64,000 nt of DNA from Fibrobacterales bacterium (GTDB lineage: Bacteria > Fibrobacterota > Fibrobacteria > Fibrobacterales > JAOPTW01). The stretch covers positions 167,356 to 231,355 of the forward strand of contig JAOPTX010000003.1 in NCBI GenBank assembly GCA_051532055.1, in the 5' to 3' direction. Every line of letters starts with the position of its first letter. Position 1 is the stretch's first letter. The translations under genes and the position numbers were made by a program. Below are positions 27,992-37,282 of this stretch, in pieces. Under the pieces are notes generated by a model. The model did no database searches. It worked only from the letters and a program-made list of their open reading frames with translations, and had not been told where the DNA came from.

Positions 27992-30900
27992 TTGAAATAT
28001 TTTCATGTGTTTATTTTGGTTTTTACATTAGTTTCTACTGTTTTTAGTCAAACAGCAATTGCACCATCTTTTGGGGATGGAAGCGAAAAAAGCCCCTATC
28101 AGATAGCGTCTCTTGAAAATCTCTACTGGCTCTCTCAAAATCACACTAAAAAAGACGTTGGTTTTTATGTGCAAACAGCTGACATAGATGCAGCTGCGTC
28201 ACAACATTGGGACGGGGGTAAAGGGTTTTATCCCATTGGAAAAGATGATACTAACCCATTTAGTGGTGTATATGATGGTAGTGGCTTTAGTATTGATAAC
28301 CTCACTATTAGCACAGCAAACGCTGTATTTGTTGGGCTCTTTGGCGTCGTACAATATTCACATATTATAAATCTGAGCGTTACCAATGTATTGCTCACAG
28401 GTAATCACTCGGTAGGTGCTGTTGCGGGAATGTCTATTGGAGGCAGTATTTCTAACTGTTCATCATCAGGGACGGTAAACGGTTCTTATGCTGGGGGGCT
28501 TGTAGGGGTCATTCAAAATACAAGTATTTCTAATAGCTCTGCTATTGTTGAGGTCAGTGGTGTTACTAATGTTGGTGGACTTATTGGGTATATAGAATAT
28601 GAGGGGAGTATAATAAACAGCTATAGCAGAGGGGAGGTTACAGGGACTGCGGTCGGTACAGGTGGACTTGTGGGTTTTAATGAAGGTGGAACGATTAAAA
28701 TGTCTTATAGTACTGGTAAAGTAATTGGTGTTGTTCAGGCAGGTGGATTGGTTGGGTTAACGAGAAATGGCAATATTACCAATTCTTTTTGGGCATATGA
28801 TAGTTCAGGTCAAACAATGAGTAGCGGTGGAACCGGTGTAATTGCTGATGATCTAAAAAATATACATACCTTTACGGATACCTCAACAGTTGGACTGGAT
28901 AGTGCTTGGGATTATATTGGCCACACCAATCAAGATACTGTAAATGGTGATATCTGGATAGTAGGTACCGATGAATACCCCGAGCATACAGTGCGTTTGA
29001 CATATGAAACCAATGATCAGTATAGTATACAGGGAGATACGGTACAGATGCTTAAAAAGGGCGGCAACGCTCGTGAAGTTTTAGTGGTTCCTAATTTTGG
29101 ATTTCGTTTTGTTCAGTGGTCTGATGGAAATACAGAAAACCCAAGAGAATATGGCACTGTAAACAGAGCTACAAGAGTATCTGCTATGGTTGTTCTAAAA
29201 GATATCTCACTCTATAAACCCGATGGAGTAGGGTCGCTAGAGAACCCCTATCAGATTGCATCTCTTGTAAATCTTTTTTGGCTCTCCCAGTCTGATACTG
29301 CCTGGGATAAGAACTTTGTACAAACAGAGGATATCAATGCGTCAGATACAAAAATTTGGGGCAGTGGGTTTAAGCCAATTGGTAATGACACCATCTCTTT
29401 TACTGGAGCGTACTCAGGGAGTGATCACACTATCGAAGAACTTACAATACAGAGATTTAAGGACTCTTTCGTTGGTATGTTTGGAAAAGTAACCGATGCC
29501 GTGATACGTGATGTGCATTTATTAAATGCATTAATAGAAGGGGGAGAATACAAAACGGGTGGTATTGCAGCAGAAATTAATAATAGTGTTATTTCAAATA
29601 GTCACGTATCGGGTGTAGTTACTGGAGTAGGAATTGTAGGTGGACTTGTTGGTTATGCTCATTATGGAACTATAATTAATTGTTCTAATAGTGGGGCTAT
29701 TACTACTAGTGGGAATCGTTTCAATATTTCCGTTGGTGGTGTCGTAGGCAAAAACGAAAGTGGAACAATTTCAAATTGCTTCAATTCAGGGAATGTGGTG
29801 ATTTTAGATAGTACAACTCAAGGATCATCGAGTTCTGCTGGAGGAGTTGTAGGAAATAATTTATTTGGCTCCATAACGTCAAGTTATAATTCGGGATCTG
29901 TAAGTGGACATACAAACACTGGAGGAATTGTAGGGACAAACTTTTTTGAGAGTATAATTCAAGAAAGCTATAATACAGGAACCGTTACCGGAAAAGAAAA
30001 GGTAGGAGGGGGTGTGGGACTCAATAATGGCGAAGTGTTTAATAGCTATTCTACAGGAGCAGTGATGGGTACCAATGGAGTCGGTGGCTTTATTGGTAAG
30101 TTAGACCAAGGTGTATTAGTCAATAGTTATAGTGTCGGTTTAGTACAGAGTACGGGTACTGTTGGTGGCTTGGTAGCAGATACGAGTAAGGCAGTAATCA
30201 TACAGTCATTTTGGAATACAGAAACATCGGGTCATAGTGTAAGTAGTGGTGGAACGGGTAAGTCGATTATTCAACTGCAAGCTCTAGAAACGTTTACTGA
30301 TATATCTAGCGAGGGGCTTGATAGTGCCTGGGATTTTACTGGTACCGTTGCAGATGACCTTCAATCTGATGATATTTGGAGTATGAATTCAGGGACGTAT
30401 CCTGAACTTTCACCTACTTTAACGTACAGTTCCGGCCTGAACTATACCGTTATTGGTGATACCATACAAGTATTCGGATCCGGGAAGACTGTTACGCCTG
30501 TAGAAGTGAAACCACAGTTGGGCTACGCATTTGTTCAGTGGTCGGATGGTAAAAAAGATAACCCTCGCATGGATACTACTGTACAGTCTGAAAGAGCAGT
30601 AAGTGCACTTGTTATAAAAAGAGATATATCACTGTACAAACCTACCGGAACAGGAACGGCAAATGATCCTTATCTGATAGCAAATTTGGGCAACCTCTAT
30701 TGGCTTTCTGAGGTTGATACTGCTTGGCATAACTATTTTCTTCAAACTGCTGATATTAATGCGGCCAAAACCCGCTATTGGTATGGCGGTGCAGGTATTA
30801 ATTCTATTGGTAATAGCACTATAAAAACCTTTACAGGAGTGTATGATGGAGGGGGCCATGTTATAGATAGTGTATATTCTTTCTTTAGTTATGGTATAAG

Positions 30901-32791
30901 GCTTTATGAAAAGGGACTCTTTGGTGCTCTTGAAGGGGCGGAAATTAAAAACGTTGGTTTGACCAATGTATATATCGCAGGACACGAAAAAATCGGGGCT
31001 CTAGTTGGCAGAGCAGATAAGGGCAGCACTATTAGGAATAGTTATTCAACGGGGGAAGTAATGGGCTATGCTGATGTCGGAGGATTAGTAGGACGTATGG
31101 AAGGAGGGAGCATTAATACGAGTTATAGTAGATGTGCTGTCACCAATTATTTTAGGGATTTCAGTGGTGGGCTTGTTGGCTCGGGTTATACTGTCGGTAT
31201 ATATAATAGTTATGCTGCAGCTACTTTAGGTGCAGAGTCAGGCGGTTTAGTGGGGCACTTTACTGATGGACAAATAATAAACAGTTATAGTGTATCTCGC
31301 TTTATTGACATTACAGGTTCAGGCGGTTTGGTTGCAAGCAATGTAAATAGCATTGTGAAAAATTCATTCTGGAATACCGACTCTGCTCATGGTATTATTG
31401 GTGGTGATGGTATTGGTAAAACCAGTACAGAAATGCAAGACATTTCGCTGTATACCAATACTGGGAGTCCTGATCTTGATTCAGCATGGGATTTTATTTC
31501 AAATCCTCACAATGACACAGGCAATACTGACGTTTGGACATTTGAAATGGCTGGAGGGTATCCGGTAATAACTGCACAACTCTTCACTTTCCGCTACAAT
31601 GCTGAAGTCAATGGACAGATATCTGGCTTAACGATTCAGAAAGTTGAGTTCGGTACTCAGGGGACAGAAGTTGTCGCTATTCCCGATGAAGGATACCATT
31701 TTGTGGTGTGGAGTGATGGTGTCTTAGATAGTGCTCGTCAGGATACTATAGCAACAAAAGATAGTACAGTAACTGCTCAATTTGAAATCAATAAATACCC
31801 TGTAAGCTATAGTACAGATACTGGGGGAATAGTCAATGGAGATACCGTTCAATCAATTGAGCATGGCTCAAATGCAACACCAGTAACTGCGGTGGCGAGT
31901 ACCGGTTTTAAGTTTTTGCAGTGGTCTGACGGAATTCTAGATACCTTACGTACCGATGTTTCAATTACCAAGACTCTTACTGTTAGTGCAGAGTTTGAAG
32001 TAGCTTATTTTTCAGTAGAATACCATGTGGGTGATTTTGGAACAATTATTAAAGGAGATACCAATCAACGTATTGCCTTTCAGTCACGAGGTACAGAAGT
32101 CACAGTGGAACCAGATTCAGGATATATTTTTACGGGTTGGACGGATGGTAGTACTGCTAATCCACGGCTGGATACTGGTGTTACTACTACTTTCTCAGTA
32201 ACGGCTCAGTTTGAGGTGGTAGGTACTATCATTGTTGATACTATAGGTCAGGATACTACACTCGGAGCGATCATTGATAGTATCTCAATGGTTGATATAG
32301 ATACGCTTTCAAATACCAATCCTGATACTGTTCTAGACAACGATTTAGATTCAAATATCACAACTATTGCAGAAGATGAGTTAGTTTCATCATCTGAAAA
32401 TGAGCTCAGTAGTGTTGGTGAACAAGAACCTCTCGTTGATTCACTTGAGCAACCCGAAGACAATTCTGATCAGGATAGGGTAGAGCTTTTATTTACGGAT
32501 AACATGTTGAATAAGCACAGAATGTCTATAGCAGCTCATAACAGAGATTACATAGAGGTGTTTGTATTTACTCCGGAAAAAAATGCTGAAGTTGTTTTTT
32601 ATGATTTCAGAGGGCAAAAGATTGGATATGCCAAAAACTCACTATACTCAGATGGCATACATTATTTTACAATGGAAACAGGAGGGCAAGGAGTGGGACA
32701 ATTACACGCTGGTCATTATATAGCTGTCACCCAGTTAGGCATTGGTGCTCAGAAAAAGTATTTGAAAGCAGTTTTTACTGTGACTCATTAG
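27992..32791 (+). CDS. Large secreted GLUG-motif protein: three beta-helix modules with divergent InlB B-repeats and T9SS-like CTD
   Basis: Three modules starting G.G....PY.IA.L.NL.WLS; many VGGLVG motifs; GY.F..WSDG repeats; CTD FYDFRGQKI...GHYI. Likely start TTG 27992 (ORF track 27950). Confidence 0.85.
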   Translation: MKYFHVFILVFTLVSTVFSQTAIAPSFGDGSEKSPYQIASLENLYWLSQNHTKKDVGFYVQTADIDAAASQHWDGGKGFYPIGKDDTNPFSGVYDGSGFSIDNLTISTANAVFVGLFGVVQYSHIINLSVTNVLLTGNHSVGAVAGMSIGGSISNCSSSGTVNGSYAGGLVGVIQNTSISNSSAIVEVSGVTNVGGLIGYIEYEGSIINSYSRGEVTGTAVGTGGLVGFNEGGTIKMSYSTGKVIGVVQAGGLVGLTRNGNITNSFWAYDSSGQTMSSGGTGVIADDLKNIHTFTDTSTVGLDSAWDYIGHTNQDTVNGDIWIVGTDEYPEHTVRLTYETNDQYSIQGDTVQMLKKGGNAREVLVVPNFGFRFVQWSDGNTENPREYGTVNRATRVSAMVVLKDISLYKPDGVGSLENPYQIASLVNLFWLSQSDTAWDKNFVQTEDINASDTKIWGSGFKPIGNDTISFTGAYSGSDHTIEELTIQRFKDSFVGMFGKVTDAVIRDVHLLNALIEGGEYKTGGIAAEINNSVISNSHVSGVVTGVGIVGGLVGYAHYGTIINCSNSGAITTSGNRFNISVGGVVGKNESGTISNCFNSGNVVILDSTTQGSSSSAGGVVGNNLFGSITSSYNSGSVSGHTNTGGIVGTNFFESIIQESYNTGTVTGKEKVGGGVGLNNGEVFNSYSTGAVMGTNGVGGFIGKLDQGVLVNSYSVGLVQSTGTVGGLVADTSKAVIIQSFWNTETSGHSVSSGGTGKSIIQLQALETFTDISSEGLDSAWDFTGTVADDLQSDDIWSMNSGTYPELSPTLTYSSGLNYTVIGDTIQVFGSGKTVTPVEVKPQLGYAFVQWSDGKKDNPRMDTTVQSERAVSALVIKRDISLYKPTGTGTANDPYLIANLGNLYWLSEVDTAWHNYFLQTADINAAKTRYWYGGAGINSIGNSTIKTFTGVYDGGGHVIDSVYSFFSYGIRLYEKGLFGALEGAEIKNVGLTNVYIAGHEKIGALVGRADKGSTIRNSYSTGEVMGYADVGGLVGRMEGGSINTSYSRCAVTNYFRDFSGGLVGSGYTVGIYNSYAAATLGAESGGLVGHFTDGQIINSYSVSRFIDITGSGGLVASNVNSIVKNSFWNTDSAHGIIGGDGIGKTSTEMQDISLYTNTGSPDLDSAWDFISNPHNDTGNTDVWTFEMAGGYPVITAQLFTFRYNAEVNGQISGLTIQKVEFGTQGTEVVAIPDEGYHFVVWSDGVLDSARQDTIATKDSTVTAQFEINKYPVSYSTDTGGIVNGDTVQSIEHGSNATPVTAVASTGFKFLQWSDGILDTLRTDVSITKTLTVSAEFEVAYFSVEYHVGDFGTIIKGDTNQRIAFQSRGTEVTVEPDSGYIFTGWTDGSTANPRLDTGVTTTFSVTAQFEVVGTIIVDTIGQDTTLGAIIDSISMVDIDTLSNTNPDTVLDNDLDSNITTIAEDELVSSSENELSSVGEQEPLVDSLEQPEDNSDQDRVELLFTDNMLNKHRMSIAAHNRDYIEVFVFTPEKNAEVVFYDFRGQKIGYAKNSLYSDGIHYFTMETGGQGVGQLHAGHYIAVTQLGIGAQKKYLKAVFTVTH

Positions 32792-32806
32792 GTCCTATTG
32801 TATCCT

Positions 32807-33442
32807 ATGAAAATCTATACACAGAATCGAACGTACATTGTGACTATCAGCATATTATTCATACTCCTTGTACAAGTGAGTTGGGCAAATGATGCTATAC
32901 CTCAATCAGCAGAAAATATAGCACCTCTTACCATAGGGGATACCGTTTCAGTTGATACCTGGAATGCACTCACCACAACTTTAAACGCCAAAGAATCTAA
33001 AAAACCATTGGTCGTTATTTTTTATAGAGGTGGGTGGTGTCCCTATTGCAATAGCCATCTTAAAGAACTTCAAGCTATTGAGTCTGATATTATCAAAAAG
33101 GGATATACTTTACTGGCAGTGAGCCCCGATAAACCTTCTACGGTAGATGCTCATAAATCAAAGAAAAAGTTACCCATCACCTTAGTCTCTAATAGTGATA
33201 TGAGTCTCGCCCTCGATTTCGGTATTGCTTTTCAGGTACCTAAGAGTTTAGTTAACAAGTATTTGAAATCCTATAGTATTGATCTTGAAGGTGACTCAGG
33301 AAAAAAACATAATCTTCTTCCAGTGCCTTCAGTTTTTATAATCGATCGGACTCGAGTGATTCACTATGTCTATACCAATGCAAACTATAAGGTGCGCTTA
33401 AGTGGTGTGGAGCTTTTGAAGGTATTGGATACCATCAAATAA
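32807..33442 (+). CDS. Exported peroxiredoxin-like AhpC/TSA family protein
   Basis: Signal peptide; VVIFYRGGWCPYC, AVSPD, LPVPSVFIID. Confidence 0.88.
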   Translation: MKIYTQNRTYIVTISILFILLVQVSWANDAIPQSAENIAPLTIGDTVSVDTWNALTTTLNAKESKKPLVVIFYRGGWCPYCNSHLKELQAIESDIIKKGYTLLAVSPDKPSTVDAHKSKKKLPITLVSNSDMSLALDFGIAFQVPKSLVNKYLKSYSIDLEGDSGKKHNLLPVPSVFIIDRTRVIHYVYTNANYKVRLSGVELLKVLDTIK

Positions 33443-33684
33443 AGTGTAGGGGAGCATTATGTTATTATGCGCATTATCTGATCATACTCTATCTCCATTC
33501 GTAGGCAATAGGTAATACTATCTATATAATGTAAAGTCTTGAACAGACTTTAATCATAAATACTATGGAACAATAGATACAAGATAAATCCATCTCTGGA
33601 CCGCTCTACAGCCCCTAATAAGTCTATAATGCTATTCTTGTGTTTATTCTATACATTCATAAATACATACAAAGGGGGAAAGGG

Positions 33685-36600
33685 ATGAAATTCAGCTGCG
33701 TATTGGGGTTTTTACTGATTTTACTATTAAATACGGTATTTGCAGGTCCAGTTACTGATCATGGAGACCTACAGGTGCTCAATAAAGGGGGAGAGTACGG
33801 GTATACAATCTGTGATATTCATGGTACCCCTTACCAACTTAAAGGTTTTAGTGCCCTCGATCTCAAAAACTGGGATACCGAATGGGTAGTGGGTCATACA
33901 ATCCCTAATATCGTTTCACTTACCGGATCTAACGCAGTGCGTGTCGCTATGTATACCTATGAAGCGGCTCATGGGTATATGAACCAAGATGCCACGGGAA
34001 AGGCTCTGTATCGTCAAAAAATGAAGGATTTGATACAAGATGCAATCTTGTCTGATATCTATATCCTGGTTGATTGGCATATATTAAATGACCCCAATCC
34101 TTGGAGTACAGAGTATTATAATGAAGCCTATAGCTTTTTTACTGAGATTGCTCAGGAGTATGGTGCCTTTGATAATGTACTCTTTGAACTCGGAAATGAG
34201 CCTCTCGCGGTGAGCTTCCCTCATACCATTAAACCATGGGCTGAACATGTGCTCAGTGGTATCAGACTCTACTCAGATAACCTTGCCACAGTCGGTACTC
34301 CAAATTGGAGTCAATCGGTAGGGGATGTGATACATAATCAAATCACCACTAATGTTGGTCGGGGTGTCCTCTATAACATTCACTTTTACGCAGCAACTCA
34401 CGGTCAGTGGTTGAGAGATGCAGGGAACAGTGCTCGTTTAAATAATGTGCCGCTTATCATCTCAGAGTTTGGAACCGTCGATGCCAGTGGTAATGGTACA
34501 CTCGACTTGTATCAATCGGGACTCTGGCTTGATTGGGCTCAGAGTCATAATTATAGTTGGTTTAACTGGTCCCTCAGTGTTCGCGACGAAACATCAGCAG
34601 CGCTCATTAATAATGACCTTGCAGGCCCATGGGTTCCGAGTGACTTTTCAACCTCAGGTCGTTGGATTCTTTCGCGCCTCGGGCAGACTTTTGTTGATCA
34701 TTCAAATATTGCATTCGGTAAGACGGCTTATATGAGTAGCACCTATAGTGATTATTACGCATCAAGAGCCGTTGATGGTGTTGTAACTGGTTATAATCCT
34801 CAGTTGGCTCACAGTGCTGGAGGCCCAGCAGAGTGGCTTATGATTGATCTTGGGGCTGCATATGATATTACTGAAACCGAGTGGTTTAATAGACTGGACT
34901 GCTGTAGTGATCGCATGGATAGCTATAGTATTCAATATTCTCTTGATGGTTCTCAGTGGGTGACCGCGAGTGTACAGACTGAAGAGATGGCTTTTCCAAC
35001 ACGTATAGCTCTTAATGTAGCGGCGCGTTATGTACGAATAGTTTTGAATAAAGCAACGGCTATCAATCTAAGTGAAGTACAAATTTTTGGAACATTAGCA
35101 CCGATAGATACTGATGGCGATGGAATTGAAGATCATGCTGATCAATGTCCAGAAACACCAATAGATGAAATTGTTGATGGCGTTGGTTGTGCGCAGTCCC
35201 AGCTTGATGATGATAATGATGGCGCTATGAATGATGCAGATGTATGCCCGAGTACTCAATCAGGTGTGTTAGTTGACGCCTTTGGTTGTGGCATTGACAG
35301 CGATAGTGATGGAGTCTTTGATGGCCTTGACCAGTGTCCAGAAAGTCCAAGAGACTTTCCGGTCGATGTACAGGGGTGTGTTGTTGGGGTGACCAATGTT
35401 TCGTACGGAAAACAAGCCACTCAAAGCAGTACACATCCTTCTTACCCCAATTTGAATGCGAGTGTAGCTGTTGATGGAAACACGTCAGGTGGCTATCCCG
35501 ATATTGCACATAACTATAATGGTACTGCGGGCGAGTGGTGGCAGGTCGATCTTGGGGCGGTTTATTTTATTACATCGAGTAATTGGTGGAATCGTTCTGA
35601 TTGTTGTTCGGATCGCATGAGTAACTACACTATTCAAGTTTCTTTGGATGGAGGCGTTTGGACCACAGTATCTGATCAGAATACAATTATGGGTCGCCCC
35701 TCTACAATTGTTATTAATACAGAGGCACGCTATGTGCGAATGATCATGAATAGTAATACAAACTTTAATTTTTCTGAAGCACAAATCTTTGGGGTACTAT
35801 CACCACAAGATCACGACAATGATGGTGTGTTGGATAGTGAAGACCTCTGTGTAAATACTCCTGAAGGTGAAATCATTGATGAAAATGGTTGTGCCGACTC
35901 TGAGAGAGATAGTGATAATGATGGTGTCATTGATTTAGTTGATATATGCCCTTCAACAGAAACGAATGTAGTTGTTGAGGAGACGGGATGTGGAGTCGAC
36001 AGTGATAGTGATGGAGTTTTTGATGGACTCGACCAGTGTACCGATACACCAACGGGCATAGCGGTTGATGTGCAAGGGTGTGTAACGGGAATAACCAATG
36101 TTTCTCAAGGGAAACACGCTACTCAGACCAGCACGTATGCATCGCTCACGGCTTCTCGCGCAGTGGATGGTGACTTAAGTGCTCATCACAATGGTGCAAA
36201 CCTTGCCCATACCAATGAATACAACGCCGGACACTGGTGGCAGGTTGACCTGGGTGATCTTTTCTACGTGACCAACAGTGTGTGGTATAACCGACTTGAT
36301 TGTTGTAGTGACCGTATGAATAACTATTCTGTGCAAGGTTCACTTGATGGTGTTGTATGGTTTACTATCTCACTTCAAACGACACAAATGGGATATGGCA
36401 CTACTATACCTGTAGAGAGTCAGGCACGCTATATACGCTTGGTACAAAATAAAGCTGATGCAATCAATTTTGCAGAAGTGCAAATCTTTGGAGTAGTCGT
36501 ACCTCAAGACGCTGACCTTGACGGTGTTATGGGGTCACAAGACCATTGTCCAACAACGCCGATTGGTGAGGTTGTTGATAGTAATGGATGTACAGATGAT

Positions 36601-37215
36601 GAGCGCGATAGTGATTTCGATGGGGTGTATGATATAAACGATCAGTGTCCTGAAGCGGTAATTGGTGCATTAGTATCTCTCCATGGTTGTCCGAGTGATA
36701 GTGACGGTGATGGAGTGTTTGACGGTATTGATCAATGCGTGTCGACTCCCACAAGCGTTCCCGTAGATGGTACAGGGTGTATAACAGGTGTCGGTCTTGT
36801 TTCACGAGGGAAGAGTGCTATGCAGACGAGCACCTATCAAAGCCTTACAGCATCTCGCGCAGTCGATGGGGATTACTATGGTCGGCATAATGGCTATAAC
36901 CTTGCGCACACTGATGGCGCGGGGATTGGTGCATGGTGGCAGGTTGACCTTGGAGCACTCCATTATGTTACCAGTACCTACTGGTGGAATCGTACTGATT
37001 GTTGTGCAGATAGAATGAACAACTATATCATTCAACGGTCTGTTGATGGCACAACGTGGATTGATGTGTCTTACCAAACAAGTCAGATGGGGAGTGGCAC
37101 AGAGATATCGATTAATGGTGACGCACGTTATATTAGACTTATGATGAATAAGCATTCTGATATCAACTTCGCAGAAATGGAAGCGTGGGGAGTTGAGACG
37201 TTCTCAGAGATTTAA
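33685..37215 (+). CDS. GH5 (cellulase-like, GH5_2 type) with four F-type lectin/CBM47-like domains separated by thrombospondin type-3 repeats
   Basis: Signal peptide; VRVAMY, DWH, acid/base ELGNEP, HFYAATH, nucleophile ISEFG, WFNWS; four AH-x26/27-R.DCC.DR domains; DxDxDGV.D..D.CP repeats. Confidence 0.9.
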   Translation: MKFSCVLGFLLILLLNTVFAGPVTDHGDLQVLNKGGEYGYTICDIHGTPYQLKGFSALDLKNWDTEWVVGHTIPNIVSLTGSNAVRVAMYTYEAAHGYMNQDATGKALYRQKMKDLIQDAILSDIYILVDWHILNDPNPWSTEYYNEAYSFFTEIAQEYGAFDNVLFELGNEPLAVSFPHTIKPWAEHVLSGIRLYSDNLATVGTPNWSQSVGDVIHNQITTNVGRGVLYNIHFYAATHGQWLRDAGNSARLNNVPLIISEFGTVDASGNGTLDLYQSGLWLDWAQSHNYSWFNWSLSVRDETSAALINNDLAGPWVPSDFSTSGRWILSRLGQTFVDHSNIAFGKTAYMSSTYSDYYASRAVDGVVTGYNPQLAHSAGGPAEWLMIDLGAAYDITETEWFNRLDCCSDRMDSYSIQYSLDGSQWVTASVQTEEMAFPTRIALNVAARYVRIVLNKATAINLSEVQIFGTLAPIDTDGDGIEDHADQCPETPIDEIVDGVGCAQSQLDDDNDGAMNDADVCPSTQSGVLVDAFGCGIDSDSDGVFDGLDQCPESPRDFPVDVQGCVVGVTNVSYGKQATQSSTHPSYPNLNASVAVDGNTSGGYPDIAHNYNGTAGEWWQVDLGAVYFITSSNWWNRSDCCSDRMSNYTIQVSLDGGVWTTVSDQNTIMGRPSTIVINTEARYVRMIMNSNTNFNFSEAQIFGVLSPQDHDNDGVLDSEDLCVNTPEGEIIDENGCADSERDSDNDGVIDLVDICPSTETNVVVEETGCGVDSDSDGVFDGLDQCTDTPTGIAVDVQGCVTGITNVSQGKHATQTSTYASLTASRAVDGDLSAHHNGANLAHTNEYNAGHWWQVDLGDLFYVTNSVWYNRLDCCSDRMNNYSVQGSLDGVVWFTISLQTTQMGYGTTIPVESQARYIRLVQNKADAINFAEVQIFGVVVPQDADLDGVMGSQDHCPTTPIGEVVDSNGCTDDERDSDFDGVYDINDQCPEAVIGALVSLHGCPSDSDGDGVFDGIDQCVSTPTSVPVDGTGCITGVGLVSRGKSAMQTSTYQSLTASRAVDGDYYGRHNGYNLAHTDGAGIGAWWQVDLGALHYVTSTYWWNRTDCCADRMNNYIIQRSVDGTTWIDVSYQTSQMGSGTEISINGDARYIRLMMNKHSDINFAEMEAWGVETFSEI

Positions 37216-37240
37216 ACTATTTCTTTTAATTAATAATTAC

Positions 37241-37279
37241 TAAAGGCACGAATTGACATAGAGTCTATTCGTGCCTTTA
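37241..37279. terminator. Bidirectional terminator between convergent GH5 and GH30
   Basis: 13-bp perfect inverted repeat taaaggcacgaat...attcgtgccttta. Confidence 0.8.
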
Positions 37280-37282
37280 CTG

